Part shown: positions 50,264-60,774 of the stretch, in pieces
Layout: each line of letters begins with the position of its first letter
How positions within the stretch are numbered: position 1 is the stretch's first letter
Origin: an uncultured virus (IMG/VR IMGVR_UViG_3300008255_004085)
Lineage: Duplodnaviria; Heunggongvirae; Uroviricota; Caudoviricetes
Length of the DNA stretch: 64,000 bases
Virus record (IMG/VR): IMGVR_UViG_3300008255_004085
Reading direction: 5' to 3' (one strand)
The notes under the pieces: model-generated
Databases searched by the model: none
What the model was told of the DNA's origin: nothing
What the model saw: the letters and a program-made list of their open reading frames with translations, nothing else
Position numbers and translations under genes: made by a program

Positions 50264-50319
50264 TTGGCATCTACTGTCTCTTCTACAAATTTATCCCAAG
50301 GAATAATTGATTTTATCCT

Positions 50320-50685
50320 CTAATCTTTAATTACTATCTCAAAATTTATCTTAATTGGAATAAACCAATCATCACTATCTAAATCATAAAGATTTTCTAG
50401 AAAATAAATAATATCATGAGTCGTAATTGTTCTGACCTTTTCTTTAACTTCTTCCATTGTTTCAAACCCAAGGCCACACAAATCACTCCAAGGGCTTTGA
50501 AATCTTTTGGGAATTTCAAAATTTTTGTTTGTTAAATACAGATAAACATCTAACATAACTTCTTCTATTATTTTTTCATAATTAGAAAAATTATATTTTC
50601 TAACAACAATTAATCTAAAGATTCTTTGTTGATCTGATTCTGAAAGATTTTCAAAATTTTCTTTCCCCACGCTGTTCTCTGTCAT
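50320..50685 (-). CDS. hypothetical protein
   Basis: 121-aa ORF overlapping the dnaJ stop. Confidence 0.6.
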   Translation of the reverse strand: MTENSVGKENFENLSESDQQRIFRLIVVRKYNFSNYEKIIEEVMLDVYLYLTNKNFEIPKRFQSPWSDLCGLGFETMEEVKEKVRTITTHDIIYFLENLYDLDSDDWFIPIKINFEIVIKD

Positions 50686-51725
50686 TTGAGTTTCTCCATT
50701 GCATCCAGATACTTTTGGAGGATCTTCCTTTGCTTGTCGTTTGGATCTGGGATTTTGAATTTTATTTCAGCGACAAGATTTCCTCTTAAACCCATTCTAT
50801 TGAAGACACCTTGATTTTTAAAACTTAAAATCATTCCTTCTTCTACTTTTTTATCAAGCTTGACTTTCTTCTCGACGCCCTCAAGGGTTTTGACTGAAAT
50901 TTCTAGATTATCTTTCAACAAAGCCTCTATAGGATTCACAAAAATGGTTGTGGCTGTTGTTCCATCAATATCAATCACTTTAAAATTAGAACTTTCAGAG
51001 GAAATAAATCTGACTAACAAATCCCCTTGTGACACTTTTTTATTTGCAAAATGTCCTTCTTCAGAAAATTTTAAAACCCCACCAAGAACAGCTTGTGGGA
51101 ATTCTATTTTTTTAGTTTTTTTCTCTTGTTTAAAACCACGTCCACGACATTCTTGACATGTATCTCCAGGGGTTTTACCTGCCCCAGCACATTCTTTACA
51201 AGTTACTCTTTGGGACATCATGTATGGACCTTGGGTTATTTGATTTGTTTTAAATCCATCCCCATTGCAAGATTGACATGTTTTAAAATCAAAACCACCT
51301 TCGCCATTACATTTTTCACAAAAAGTTTTTATTTGAAATTTAATTTCTTTATCAATTTTATTAATCATTTCTTCTGGTGTTAAGATAAGCTCATAAACAA
51401 CATCGTCGTTTGATTCAACAGATTCCCCCCATTGCGAAAACGGTGAATTTCTACCCGAAAAGAATTGTTCAAATGCAGCCCTCATAGAATCTGGGAAACC
51501 ATCAGAAAATTGTGAAGCAGGGCTATCATATTGAGAACGTCTATTTTCATCAGACAAGACATAGTAGGCTTCGGAAATTTCCTTAAATTTTTCCGAAGCT
51601 TCTACTTTTTCATCTTCTGGCTTTGTGTCAGGATGCCATTTTTTTGCTAGATTCCGATAACTTTTTTTGATATCTTCTTCTGAAGCATCCTTCTCAACGC
51701 CGAGTATTTCGTAGTAGTCTTTCAT
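50682..51725 (-). CDS. dnaJ: DnaJ (class A)
   Basis: J-domain HPD and four CxxCxGxG motifs. Confidence 0.93.
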   Translation of the reverse strand: MKDYYEILGVEKDASEEDIKKSYRNLAKKWHPDTKPEDEKVEASEKFKEISEAYYVLSDENRRSQYDSPASQFSDGFPDSMRAAFEQFFSGRNSPFSQWGESVESNDDVVYELILTPEEMINKIDKEIKFQIKTFCEKCNGEGGFDFKTCQSCNGDGFKTNQITQGPYMMSQRVTCKECAGAGKTPGDTCQECRGRGFKQEKKTKKIEFPQAVLGGVLKFSEEGHFANKKVSQGDLLVRFISSESSNFKVIDIDGTTATTIFVNPIEALLKDNLEISVKTLEGVEKKVKLDKKVEEGMILSFKNQGVFNRMGLRGNLVAEIKFKIPDPNDKQRKILQKYLDAMEKLK

Positions 51726-52378
51726 TCAGCCTCAACCTTTAACAAACCACTTCCTGTCTCTAACTCTTCTTGTTCTACCAGAGAAAAAACATGGTCTCCA
51801 CATTTTTCTCGACCACATTCATCTGCATGTTTTTCACTGAAAGCATCAAGATTCGCTTTTTTAATTTGTTCCAAAACTTCCAAAGAATCTGAAATTTCTA
51901 TTGCAACATCTTCGGGCCTAACCCCATTCAAATGATCAATCTCATGTTGGGTGATAATACTATTCAAACCCTCAAATTCTTCAATAACTTCTGTTTTTTC
52001 AAATGTTAAATATTTTAATTTAATCTTTTTAGATCTTTCAATTTTAAATGATTTATCTGGATAGCTTAAACATCCTTCCCAATCTACTTCTTTTTCTTCT
52101 GATGCTTCAATTATTTCTGGATTGAAATAAGCCATCAACATCAAATTTTCTTCATCTATTTTTTCTGTTTTCATATTCCTAACAGCTAGGAAAAAATTCA
52201 AATTTATTCCAATTTGATTTGCTGCAAGAGCAACACCTGTTGGGCAAGCCATCAATGTGTCACCGACATCTCTCACTTTTCCTAAAAGAAATTTTCCTCT
52301 AAATTGTTTCTCTGAAATATCTTTTGTCTTATTTTTCATTATTTTAGAATCTGTACTAACAAAACTTCTATATGGCAT
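51722..52378 (-). CDS. def: Peptide deformylase
   Basis: [15 protein letters not shown] and QHEIDHLNG. Confidence 0.93.
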   Translation of the reverse strand: MPYRSFVSTDSKIMKNKTKDISEKQFRGKFLLGKVRDVGDTLMACPTGVALAANQIGINLNFFLAVRNMKTEKIDEENLMLMAYFNPEIIEASEEKEVDWEGCLSYPDKSFKIERSKKIKLKYLTFEKTEVIEEFEGLNSIITQHEIDHLNGVRPEDVAIEISDSLEVLEQIKKANLDAFSEKHADECGREKCGDHVFSLVEQEELETGSGLLKVEAE

Positions 52379-53183
52379 TAATCTGTCCTCTTTTCTTCTA
52401 TTCCATAGTATTTATCAAATTGGTTTTTCAAAAAATTAAAAAACTCTTCTTTTGTTTCTCTAAAATGCGGTGAATTTTCACAAGTAACCCATTTTTTCTA
52501 ACTGAATCATTTGGTCCATCAAATTTTTCTTTTATGATAAACTCACCCCAAACATGAGGTGTCTTTGGGACTTCTACTTCAAAATCTAAATCAAATTTTT
52601 TTCTAATAAGTTCAATTTGTTTAGATCCATATTTCTTTTCCAAAGATTTAAATGAATAATGATTATCAGTTGACCAAATCTTTCGACACCAAGAACTAAT
52701 TGCATTTCTTTCACAATCTTGTTGTCGATAGACAACGTAATTGCAGACTTCTATAAAGTCAGGCAAAGTAAAAGCTCTTGCATCAAAGAATGGGCCATTC
52801 CCACCATTTAATTCTATAATTTCATATTCTTGAATTGCTTTTAACATATGAACAGAAGCGATTGATGAACTTAATGAAACAATTTTGTTTATTTTATTAC
52901 CAAACCAAGGTTCTGTTCTATATTCTTTGTCATTCAAAAGAATAATTGATATTTCATCAGAATGATGGTAAACAAAAACTGCCCCACTAATTTCTTCTGC
53001 TAGTGCAATTGCTGTGTCTCTCATCGCAAAGTAAAATCTTTCATCCCATGGTTTTTTAAGATTTCTTGTAAATGTTGAAAACTTTTTACCATCAATTCGA
53101 ATCACAACTGGCAATCTAGATGGAAGTTGGTCTGAAAATTCAAATTCATAGTTCTTCATTCTCTCTTTTAATGGGATCTTCAT
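52378..53183 (-). CDS. Thg1-like tRNA(His) guanylyltransferase with a frameshift near the 3' end
   Basis: RMKNYE, RIDGKKF, SDEIS, FDAR and RQQD..RN. The 0 frame stops at 52428; the -1 frame from the A6 run (52497-52492) ends at a TAATG overlap with def. Confidence 0.85.
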
Positions 53184-53364
53184 CTCAAACGTTACCTTCC
53201 TTGAAAAAATCCAACAGCATTGGCACCACCTATTATACACCAGGGGCAGAACACGATTCTCTGGGAATATTATTTTTCATCGAGTCCTAAAATTTGGACC
53301 CTAATAGATGGTGTTGGTTAGTTGGCTTGGGGGTGACTAGAGAAAACCATGGAATTAATTCCAA

Positions 53365-54138
53365 TCAAACAAGTTGAGAAGTTGATTTATGAGTTTGTTC
53401 AATTATTTGAATAATCTTTGAAACAGGAGAAACTGCTCTTTGACCAATTCCAGATTCTGCATTTTCACCAATTAAAGCCATGACGATTCCGATAACATTT
53501 CCATCAACATCGATCACAGGAGATCCAGAAGATCCAGATTCTATATCAGCATCAATTAAAATCATATTTTGAAGAGATGGTTCTTCTATATTATTTAAAC
53601 TTTTATTAACCGCTGAAATAATTCCAGTTGTTACAACATTGTGCCAACCAGAAGGAGAACCTATAACAGCAATGTTTTCACCGACTGAAATATCATTTGG
53701 ATTTGCAAATTTAAGAGGTTGGATTCCTTCTGGAACTTCATCTAGAATTAAAACAGCAGCATCAATAGCAACATCAGCAGAAGCAACTTTTGCACTAAAC
53801 ATATTTTTTTCATCAAAAGAAACAACAATCTCTCCATTTTCTGGGATATCAACAACCACATGTCTTGCTGTGATAAATCTTTTATTAGCAATTAGAAAAC
53901 CACTTCCATTCCAAGTTTCTTCTTCTGAATTTACCCAAATTGTTCCAACTGATGGCATAGTTTTTTGAATCGCCATCCCCAATGGATCTAAATTCTTTTT
54001 AACTCTTTCAAATTCTTGTGCAAACTTGTTCCAATCAACAGATTGAGATTTTTTAAGTTGATGATCTGTCATAAGATCAAATTTTTCTTGTTGAAAAGCA
54101 TCAACAACCCATTGTGGAACCCATTTATCATTTTTCAT
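53365..54138 (-). CDS. Trypsin-like (S1C, PDZ-less) serine protease
   Basis: GSGF, TARHVV, DAAVL, TTGIIS and GSSGSP. Confidence 0.9.
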   Translation of the reverse strand: MKNDKWVPQWVVDAFQQEKFDLMTDHQLKKSQSVDWNKFAQEFERVKKNLDPLGMAIQKTMPSVGTIWVNSEEETWNGSGFLIANKRFITARHVVVDIPENGEIVVSFDEKNMFSAKVASADVAIDAAVLILDEVPEGIQPLKFANPNDISVGENIAVIGSPSGWHNVVTTGIISAVNKSLNNIEEPSLQNMILIDADIESGSSGSPVIDVDGNVIGIVMALIGENAESGIGQRAVSPVSKIIQIIEQTHKSTSQLV

Positions 54139-54158
54139 AATTTCTCCAATAAAAGAGT

Positions 54159-54183
54159 ATTCTTAAAAAATTAAGAATTTCCT
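54159..54183 (-). promoter_or_regulatory. sigmaH-like promoter AGGA-N17-GAAT upstream of the S1 protease
   Basis: CAGGAAATTCTTAATTTTTTAAGAATA; the same spacing occurs at 42635-42611. Confidence 0.5.
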
Positions 54184-54195
54184 GTTGATTCAAAT

Positions 54196-54537
54196 CTACT
54201 TTTCTTTTTCTTCCTTTTTAGTTGTTCTTCTTTTTAGCTTGGGTTTTTCTTCTTCAATTGGCTCTTCGGCTGGCTCTTCAACTTCTGGAAAAACTTTATT
54301 CTTTTCAATTATTTTAAGAATAAAAAGGAAGAGTTCAGATTTTTCACTATCTTGTTTTTCATATTTTTTAACTTCTTTTTTAAAATCTTTTTCATCAAGT
54401 TCCAAATAATCATTTATATTTTTAACTATCTCATCAATTCCTACTTTTTTATCAATGAAAGCCCAATAATATTTTAGAACCTCATCAAAGACTTTTGTAG
54501 TTGTTAATTCTTCTAATTCATTTATTTTTATAATCAT
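54196..54537 (-). CDS. hypothetical protein
   Basis: 113-aa ORF with AAGGAG RBS. Confidence 0.65.
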   Translation of the reverse strand: MIIKINELEELTTTKVFDEVLKYYWAFIDKKVGIDEIVKNINDYLELDEKDFKKEVKKYEKQDSEKSELFLFILKIIEKNKVFPEVEEPAEEPIEEEKPKLKRRTTKKEEKEK

Positions 54538-54557
54538 AATTTATCTCCTTGTTGATT

Positions 54558-55268
54558 TTAAATCCCTAAAATATCTATGTCTTTAATTTTTAAATATTTT
54601 TCAAAAAATTCATTTATAGATTCATTTGAATAATTAAAAATATCTCTCAAATCTTGGATAATGTTTGAGAGACCATATTTAATTGAATAAATATTTATAT
54701 AAATATTAAAGAAATAAAGAGAATATTCAAAAGTTGTCATTTGAAGCTGATGAAGATCTAATTGATTAATTAGATCTTTTGGAATTCTTATATCTTCAAA
54801 TCCATTTATATATTTATAAACTTCTGTTGGATAGGAATCAAAAACATTTTTAAAAACTAAATAAGAATTCCAATTTAGTTTTAAATTATCATAATTTTCT
54901 ATTATTTTAATAACTAAATCTTCTTTTGAGATGTTTAGTAAACTTTTCGTTTCTTCTCGTAATTCATATAAAAGTTTTAAATCTATATTTTGTGGATCAA
55001 TTCCTCTCCCTTGAAGAATTTTTTCATTTATGAATTTGTCAATTTCTTCTTCTCCGAATTGTGGGATATAATCTGGATATTCATCAAGTGAATATGCAGT
55101 TGGTTTATAGATTTCACCAGTTTTTGGATCTTCAAAAGAACGAGATCTATCACCAGATGATTCAGATGGTCTTTTAGATGAATCGTCTTTTAAAAAATCT
55201 CTGAAGGCATCTTCGTCCCAAGGTAAACCTTGGGCAAAAATTTTTCTAATTGCGAGTTTTAACCACAT
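54558..55268 (-). CDS. leader-family protein
   Basis: MWLKLAIRKIFAQ. Confidence 0.75.
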   Translation of the reverse strand: MWLKLAIRKIFAQGLPWDEDAFRDFLKDDSSKRPSESSGDRSRSFEDPKTGEIYKPTAYSLDEYPDYIPQFGEEEIDKFINEKILQGRGIDPQNIDLKLLYELREETKSLLNISKEDLVIKIIENYDNLKLNWNSYLVFKNVFDSYPTEVYKYINGFEDIRIPKDLINQLDLHQLQMTTFEYSLYFFNIYINIYSIKYGLSNIIQDLRDIFNYSNESINEFFEKYLKIKDIDILGI

Positions 55269-55270
55269 AA

Positions 55271-56962
55271 TTAAATCTCCTCTGATAAATCTATCCCCAT
55301 TTGTTGTAAATCAGAAATTAATCCTCTAACTTTTGCGGGATTCCCTTCAAGGGTATGTTTAACATCATCTCTTTGTTGATAAAGTTGATGATTCTTAATT
55401 TTTGAAATAATTGAATCTAAAATTTCTTGTTTGACTGCTTTGTCAAGGAGTCCAATTTCACTATCAGAAGATTCTCTTGAAAAATGATAAACAACAGATC
55501 TAAAAGTATTTGCATCAACACAACCATTAATCAAAAATTCTATAACTTTTTGTTTTGTCTCATCAGAATATTCATTGAACCTTCTAATAAAATCAGTTCC
55601 AACCCAATCATTAACATCTGGTGTGCTTTGTGTTACAGCTATGGCTGCTTCATCTGGGTGCCCTATTTTAAATAATCCTTCTATTGCTCTTTCATTTAAC
55701 CAATTCCATTCAGAATTTTGAGAGATTGTTTGCCCTGGTTTAGAAAAATCATGTGTTGCAACTTTCAAAAGCAAATTCTTAAATTTATCAGGGTTTGCTT
55801 TTGCCATTCTAACTAAATTTTTCAAATTTCTTGTGGCAACTCTTAATTCATCGCTAAAAACAAATTTTGCAACACTTATTGGATCTGTTGAATCTTCTCC
55901 TTCAAGATCAAAAATTCTTATCCATTTATCTTTATTTAAAGCAAAATCTAAAAGCTTTCTTTTTTGTTGAACAGACGAAGGATAAAGCAAAGATTCTTCT
56001 GGATATCTTTCTTCAATCTCTTCTGGAGTCATTGATAAATTTTCAGTTATGTAATCAAAATAATTAAATTTATTTGCCATATAATTGCAAAAAAGTTCTG
56101 TTAATTTTTCATCAAAATTGTCTTTATTTTCTAGAAAAATTTGTGGCAGTTGAATTCCAAGACCAGCAATTGTTTCTATATCTCTTTTGATTACTTCTCT
56201 TTGTGGTAAATCAAGAATTCCACCTATGGTATGATCTTTTTCATAGGGTCGATACCAGCCACCTTGAGCACCTGCTGGCCCAAAATGCAAAGGGACAGTT
56301 CCAAGAAGAAGATAAGCAACAGAATCAAGAGAGATAGGGATTTCATTTTCAAAAGATTCAAAAATATATTCGATTTTTGAAAGAAGTGCTTTCTCTTCAA
56401 CTTTTCCTTGTGCGACATCAAAATCATCTTGGTAAAGCTGTCTATCATCAGCACCACGACCAGTTAAATATGGATTTGTCCCAATTGGTTTAACATAAAC
56501 ACGACCCTCTTGTTCCATGCCCTCTTCAACAAGATCACCAAGGCCCTCTGGGGCTGGTTCAATATTGTCTTCCACCTCCCAATAAGGAGATAAATTCAAT
56601 TGATCGTCTGCAATTTGGTCTCCTGGTTTTAAAGCAGAAGCAGACCAAGCATCATCCCAATTAATATAAAAACGACCATCATCGTTTTGCTTAAACATTT
56701 GAAATGGAATTTGAACTAAACCCATAGAAAAAAATTGAGATTGATTCTGCATTTGAAAGGTCAATCTTTCAGCAGACCTTAAAGATTCGATATCAATTTC
56801 TGGGAGATTTGAGTTCAAAATAAATTGAACAAATGTTTTTAAAATTCTTTGAGAATTTGGGAATAATCTTTTAGTTCCCAAAACCCTCAAGGTTAAATTT
56901 TCAATCACTTGTTGAAGATTTTGATTTCTTTCCATTTCATAAATTGCAAGTTTTAACCACAT
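55271..56962 (-). CDS. leader-family protein, paralog of 60771..62363 (probable start MWLKLA)
   Basis: GGAG RBS before ATG 56962; VYVKPIGTNP and GTVPLHFGPAGAQGGWY. Confidence 0.8.
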   Translation of the reverse strand: MWLKLAIYEMERNQNLQQVIENLTLRVLGTKRLFPNSQRILKTFVQFILNSNLPEIDIESLRSAERLTFQMQNQSQFFSMGLVQIPFQMFKQNDDGRFYINWDDAWSASALKPGDQIADDQLNLSPYWEVEDNIEPAPEGLGDLVEEGMEQEGRVYVKPIGTNPYLTGRGADDRQLYQDDFDVAQGKVEEKALLSKIEYIFESFENEIPISLDSVAYLLLGTVPLHFGPAGAQGGWYRPYEKDHTIGGILDLPQREVIKRDIETIAGLGIQLPQIFLENKDNFDEKLTELFCNYMANKFNYFDYITENLSMTPEEIEERYPEESLLYPSSVQQKRKLLDFALNKDKWIRIFDLEGEDSTDPISVAKFVFSDELRVATRNLKNLVRMAKANPDKFKNLLLKVATHDFSKPGQTISQNSEWNWLNERAIEGLFKIGHPDEAAIAVTQSTPDVNDWVGTDFIRRFNEYSDETKQKVIEFLINGCVDANTFRSVVYHFSRESSDSEIGLLDKAVKQEILDSIISKIKNHQLYQQRDDVKHTLEGNPAKVRGLISDLQQMGIDLSEEI

Positions 56963-56976
56963 CTTTTGATCTCCAG

Positions 56977-58023
56977 TCATACAATCCACATGATATCCAT
57001 GCTTTTGCTTTTCATTTTATTTCCAGTCCATTTCCAATCAAAAGTATCTAATTTTTTAGCAATTTCTTCATCGAATTTTTCATCAACATATTCTCCAATA
57101 CTTTGAATTGATATATTCGAAAAGGATGGAATTCCAATGTTGTAATTCTTTGTTATTTTTGCAATAGCATCATTCTTTGTTGAGATTTCATTCAAAGAGA
57201 AAATTGCATCTTTATAATTTTTCATTTTCTCTTTATCTGCTGCTTTTAATAAGGCACAAATCCCAGATATCATTGGAGATGCTTGGCTTGAACCAGTTAA
57301 AATAGCATATTTATCCAGTGGATAAGTCGAGAAGATGTCAACCCCAGGAGCAAGAAAGTTAAGAATTTTTCCACGATTTGAAAAATATGCCAAATTTCCA
57401 TTTTTATCTATTGCTGCGACACTGATAACTTCATCATATCTGGCTGGGTAAGCGACATCTAATTTTGTTGGTCTTGATGGGGTTGAGTTAGGATCGTTCC
57501 CTGCTGCTGCGATGATGATCACACCTTTACCAACAGCCCATTTTATAGTTTCGTGAACTAATTGAGGGGGTTCTCTCATATCTCCAAGAGAAAGATTGAT
57601 CACATCAGCACATTGATGAACAGACCACTGAATACAAGCAACAATTTTATTCCAATCACCAAAACCATCGTCATCAAGTCCCTTTGCAATCAAAAGTTGA
57701 CATTCAGGGGCAATACCAACAACACCAATGTCATTATCTCTTGCTCCAATTATTCCTGCGACATGTGTTCCATGTCCGACACGATCTTCAGGCCAACTTC
57801 TGCTATATGGATTGAAAATATCAAAAATTGCACCCTCAAGATCTGGATGTGTTTTAGCACAACCAGTATCAATAATCGCAACTTTTATTCCAGCACCTTT
57901 TGTTTTTGTGAAAAAAGTATCAGATTTAATGATTGTGTTACTCCAATCTCTTCTTTGACCTCTTGAAAACGATGAAATAAATTCTTTTTCTTTATATGGA
58001 AAGAGCATTTTTATTTTGTCCAT
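56977..58023 (-). CDS. Subtilisin-like S8 serine protease
   Basis: IDTG, HGTHVAG, AAAGN and GSSQASP. Confidence 0.92.
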   Translation of the reverse strand: MDKIKMLFPYKEKEFISSFSRGQRRDWSNTIIKSDTFFTKTKGAGIKVAIIDTGCAKTHPDLEGAIFDIFNPYSRSWPEDRVGHGTHVAGIIGARDNDIGVVGIAPECQLLIAKGLDDDGFGDWNKIVACIQWSVHQCADVINLSLGDMREPPQLVHETIKWAVGKGVIIIAAAGNDPNSTPSRPTKLDVAYPARYDEVISVAAIDKNGNLAYFSNRGKILNFLAPGVDIFSTYPLDKYAILTGSSQASPMISGICALLKAADKEKMKNYKDAIFSLNEISTKNDAIAKITKNYNIGIPSFSNISIQSIGEYVDEKFDEEIAKKLDTFDWKWTGNKMKSKSMDIMWIV

Positions 58024-58049
58024 GATTTTTCTCCTCAGATAAACATTCT

Positions 58050-58120
58050 TTTCTTAAATTTCAAATTAATTCCTTGAAATCAAACTAAAATTATAGGAAG
58101 ACTCTTCTCTGATTAAGAAA
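58050..58120. promoter_or_regulatory. Back-to-back divergent AGGA-N17/18-GAAA promoters
   Basis: Minus strand 58074-58050 and plus strand 58095-58120; both read TTAAGAAAAG at the -10 box. Confidence 0.45.
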
Positions 58121-58143
58121 AGTTGGAGTTGGAGAACTAATTC

Positions 58144-60774
58144 ATGAAGAAATCAACATTTACAAAAATATCATTTTATGAAACACAAAGAATAGACTTT
58201 AATTTCAATGAGATCTTTAATTTAGAAGAAAGGTATTTAGAAGAAATTTTAGATGTTGGGATAGATTCTTTAACATCTGAACACCAAGATATTTTTGATG
58301 AATTAATTAAAAGTGCATCAGATGGATTTCTAAGATTTATGCTTTTTGTTATTCAGCGTGGTTATTTTGATTATTCAGAATTTTTAGATAGTGGAACAGA
58401 TGTCTTTCGAGAAGCTGTTGAGACATATATCCTTCAAAGAAGTTTAACAAAACTCCCACCTCTCTCAAACCAAGTGATTCGATATTTATTAGTAAGTGCA
58501 ATTAATGCTATGGAATCTGGTCAAAGTTATGATTTTTTAAATGGTTCATCAGGGAGATGGGGGGCTTCATACGAAACCGCCGAAGATGTATTTTTTGGAC
58601 CGACTGTAGATGAATTAAAAAAATTAATAAAAATTAGAAGTTTAAGAGATGCTTTTGATCTTGGCATGATGTCAGATGAAGAAATCGGATTGGCAGTAGA
58701 AGATTTAGAAAATCAAATAGCTAATTTTGTAAATAATAACAGAAATCTTCCATTAGAACAAATAATTAATTCACTCAAACAAATTACAGAACAACATATT
58801 TTAAATAATCCACCAGAAATTCCAGAACCTACAGAAGAACAAGAACAACAATTCTATTTAGATCAAATGACAGGAAAAACAAATTATGAAGGGATTGATG
58901 AATATTTAAAAAATCTTCCAAGATTTGAAGAGGAACCTCAAGAAGAACAACCACAAGGAGCAGATAGTTTAATAGAAATAATTAAAAAATACTTTTCTAA
59001 TTTTATTAAAAGTATTTATTCTAAATTTAGAAAACAAGTTCAAAAAGAGCAACAGGTTTCAGAACAAATTCAAGAAGAATCAGAGCCAGAAGAGGTTTTT
59101 CAAAGTCTAAAATATTATCATCTTTATGGTTCACCAATTAAAGGAAGGTCAGACGAAAAAGCTATTTCTGAAAGAGTTAATAAAATAATTGGAATTAAAA
59201 AAGAAAGAGATCTTTTAAGCACAGAAGATATTCAAAAAGTTAGAGATGAAATTATGAGTGTACCATATGATGAACTTATAATGATTAACCCCGAGGAATA
59301 TTTAACTTCAATTGATGATATAGATGATTTTGCAGAATATAATTGGAGAGGAACATATAATACTTTTTCTAATGTAGAAGATTATTATACAAGTGCTGTT
59401 AATGAGATTTTAGATGAAAATGTTCCAGAGGGCATAACAGAATATTATCAAAGTCTATATAGAAATCCAAATTACGATCCAGATAGTTTGGATGATGATG
59501 CAGAAGGCGAATTTCGTGAGTTTGATGATTTAAATCAAGAAGAAAAAGATAGTATTGAAAAAGATATGGAGACTTATAATAAATCGATAATTGAATCTGC
59601 ATTAGCCGAGGATTATCAATCCTATGTGACAGAAGTCACAGAGATCAGAAATAATGAATTGGAGATTTTAGAACAAGAATATGGATTTAGACATCAACTT
59701 TTTTTAAATTTTGGAAGAGATAGAGATGAGTTGGTTGTTCTTTTTACAGAACATCTTGAAGAATCTATTATAAAATTGATCGAAAATGGAACGCTTTCAA
59801 TTAAAGATATTTATTTAGGAAACACCGAAAAATTTTATAATATAGCAAAACAATTAATTCAAGAGAATCCTTATTATAATGAATTTTATATTTATGAACC
59901 AGGGGAAGAAGATCATGGAGAAGATTTTGATCAAATAAATAGAGATATCAATTTCTCTATTGAAAATATAATATCAAGGATAAAAATAAAAGTTCAAAAT
60001 GCCATAGTCCCACAAAGAGCGGAGGTTTCAAAAAGGATTGGTAATTTTATAGAACAAAATCAAATTACCATTGAAAAATTTGAAAAATATGGAATTATTT
60101 TATTTCTTCCATTAATAGATGGGTTATTTAAAGAAAACCCCAAGATACAATTTGAAATTCCTTATGGAGATTTAATTGAAATAAGGGATCAAAATGATAA
60201 ATTTGTTGAAAGAACAAGAGACAAATTAAATCAAGAATTAAATCTTTTTGATTTTTTCACCACTGATGATTTAATTATCTTGATCGCAGAAAATCTTCAA
60301 AATCTAAATAAAAATGAGCTTGGTTATGTCAAACATGAAAGTAAATTGTTAGATACTTTAACAGTTTTGCATCCAGAAAAGTATGTAGATATAAGAAGAT
60401 TTCAATTGAAGAAACAATTCCAAGAATTTCTTTTAAGGGCTGGTTCTGGGGATCCTGAAGCTTATCAGGTTTGGATGCAATTAGCTCCATATCTCATCAA
60501 TGCACCGAAACAAGTTCAAGAATATCTTCTTCCACGACATTTGTTAGATCAATATATGACTTGGGTTCCAGAAATTTTTGAAGATAAAGAAGAGGCCCTA
60601 AAATCAAGAGAAAGAATTAACAAAAGGAATAGAGAAGAAGCAGGCATTGAAGAGTTTGACAAACAGAAAAATGAAGACGCAGAATTAAATGAAGACAAAA
60701 GAATTGCTGAATCAAATAAATATCCAAATGTTAAAATGATGATAACATCTATTAATGTGAGAAATTTTAAATGA
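58144..60774 (+). CDS. large acidic hypothetical protein, possibly internal virion protein
   Basis: 876-aa ORF; N-terminal KKSTFTKIS resembles KKTFTKLS of 16563..17297. Confidence 0.8.
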   Translation: MKKSTFTKISFYETQRIDFNFNEIFNLEERYLEEILDVGIDSLTSEHQDIFDELIKSASDGFLRFMLFVIQRGYFDYSEFLDSGTDVFREAVETYILQRSLTKLPPLSNQVIRYLLVSAINAMESGQSYDFLNGSSGRWGASYETAEDVFFGPTVDELKKLIKIRSLRDAFDLGMMSDEEIGLAVEDLENQIANFVNNNRNLPLEQIINSLKQITEQHILNNPPEIPEPTEEQEQQFYLDQMTGKTNYEGIDEYLKNLPRFEEEPQEEQPQGADSLIEIIKKYFSNFIKSIYSKFRKQVQKEQQVSEQIQEESEPEEVFQSLKYYHLYGSPIKGRSDEKAISERVNKIIGIKKERDLLSTEDIQKVRDEIMSVPYDELIMINPEEYLTSIDDIDDFAEYNWRGTYNTFSNVEDYYTSAVNEILDENVPEGITEYYQSLYRNPNYDPDSLDDDAEGEFREFDDLNQEEKDSIEKDMETYNKSIIESALAEDYQSYVTEVTEIRNNELEILEQEYGFRHQLFLNFGRDRDELVVLFTEHLEESIIKLIENGTLSIKDIYLGNTEKFYNIAKQLIQENPYYNEFYIYEPGEEDHGEDFDQINRDINFSIENIISRIKIKVQNAIVPQRAEVSKRIGNFIEQNQITIEKFEKYGIILFLPLIDGLFKENPKIQFEIPYGDLIEIRDQNDKFVERTRDKLNQELNLFDFFTTDDLIILIAENLQNLNKNELGYVKHESKLLDTLTVLHPEKYVDIRRFQLKKQFQEFLLRAGSGDPEAYQVWMQLAPYLINAPKQVQEYLLPRHLLDQYMTWVPEIFEDKEEALKSRERINKRNREEAGIEEFDKQKNEDAELNEDKRIAESNKYPNVKMMITSINVRNFK

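Noticed and set aside
53221..53317. Imperfect inverted repeat upstream of thg1, and palindrome tggaattaattcca nearby
   Set aside because: It relies on many wobbles and spans the promoter; too weak to call an RNA.
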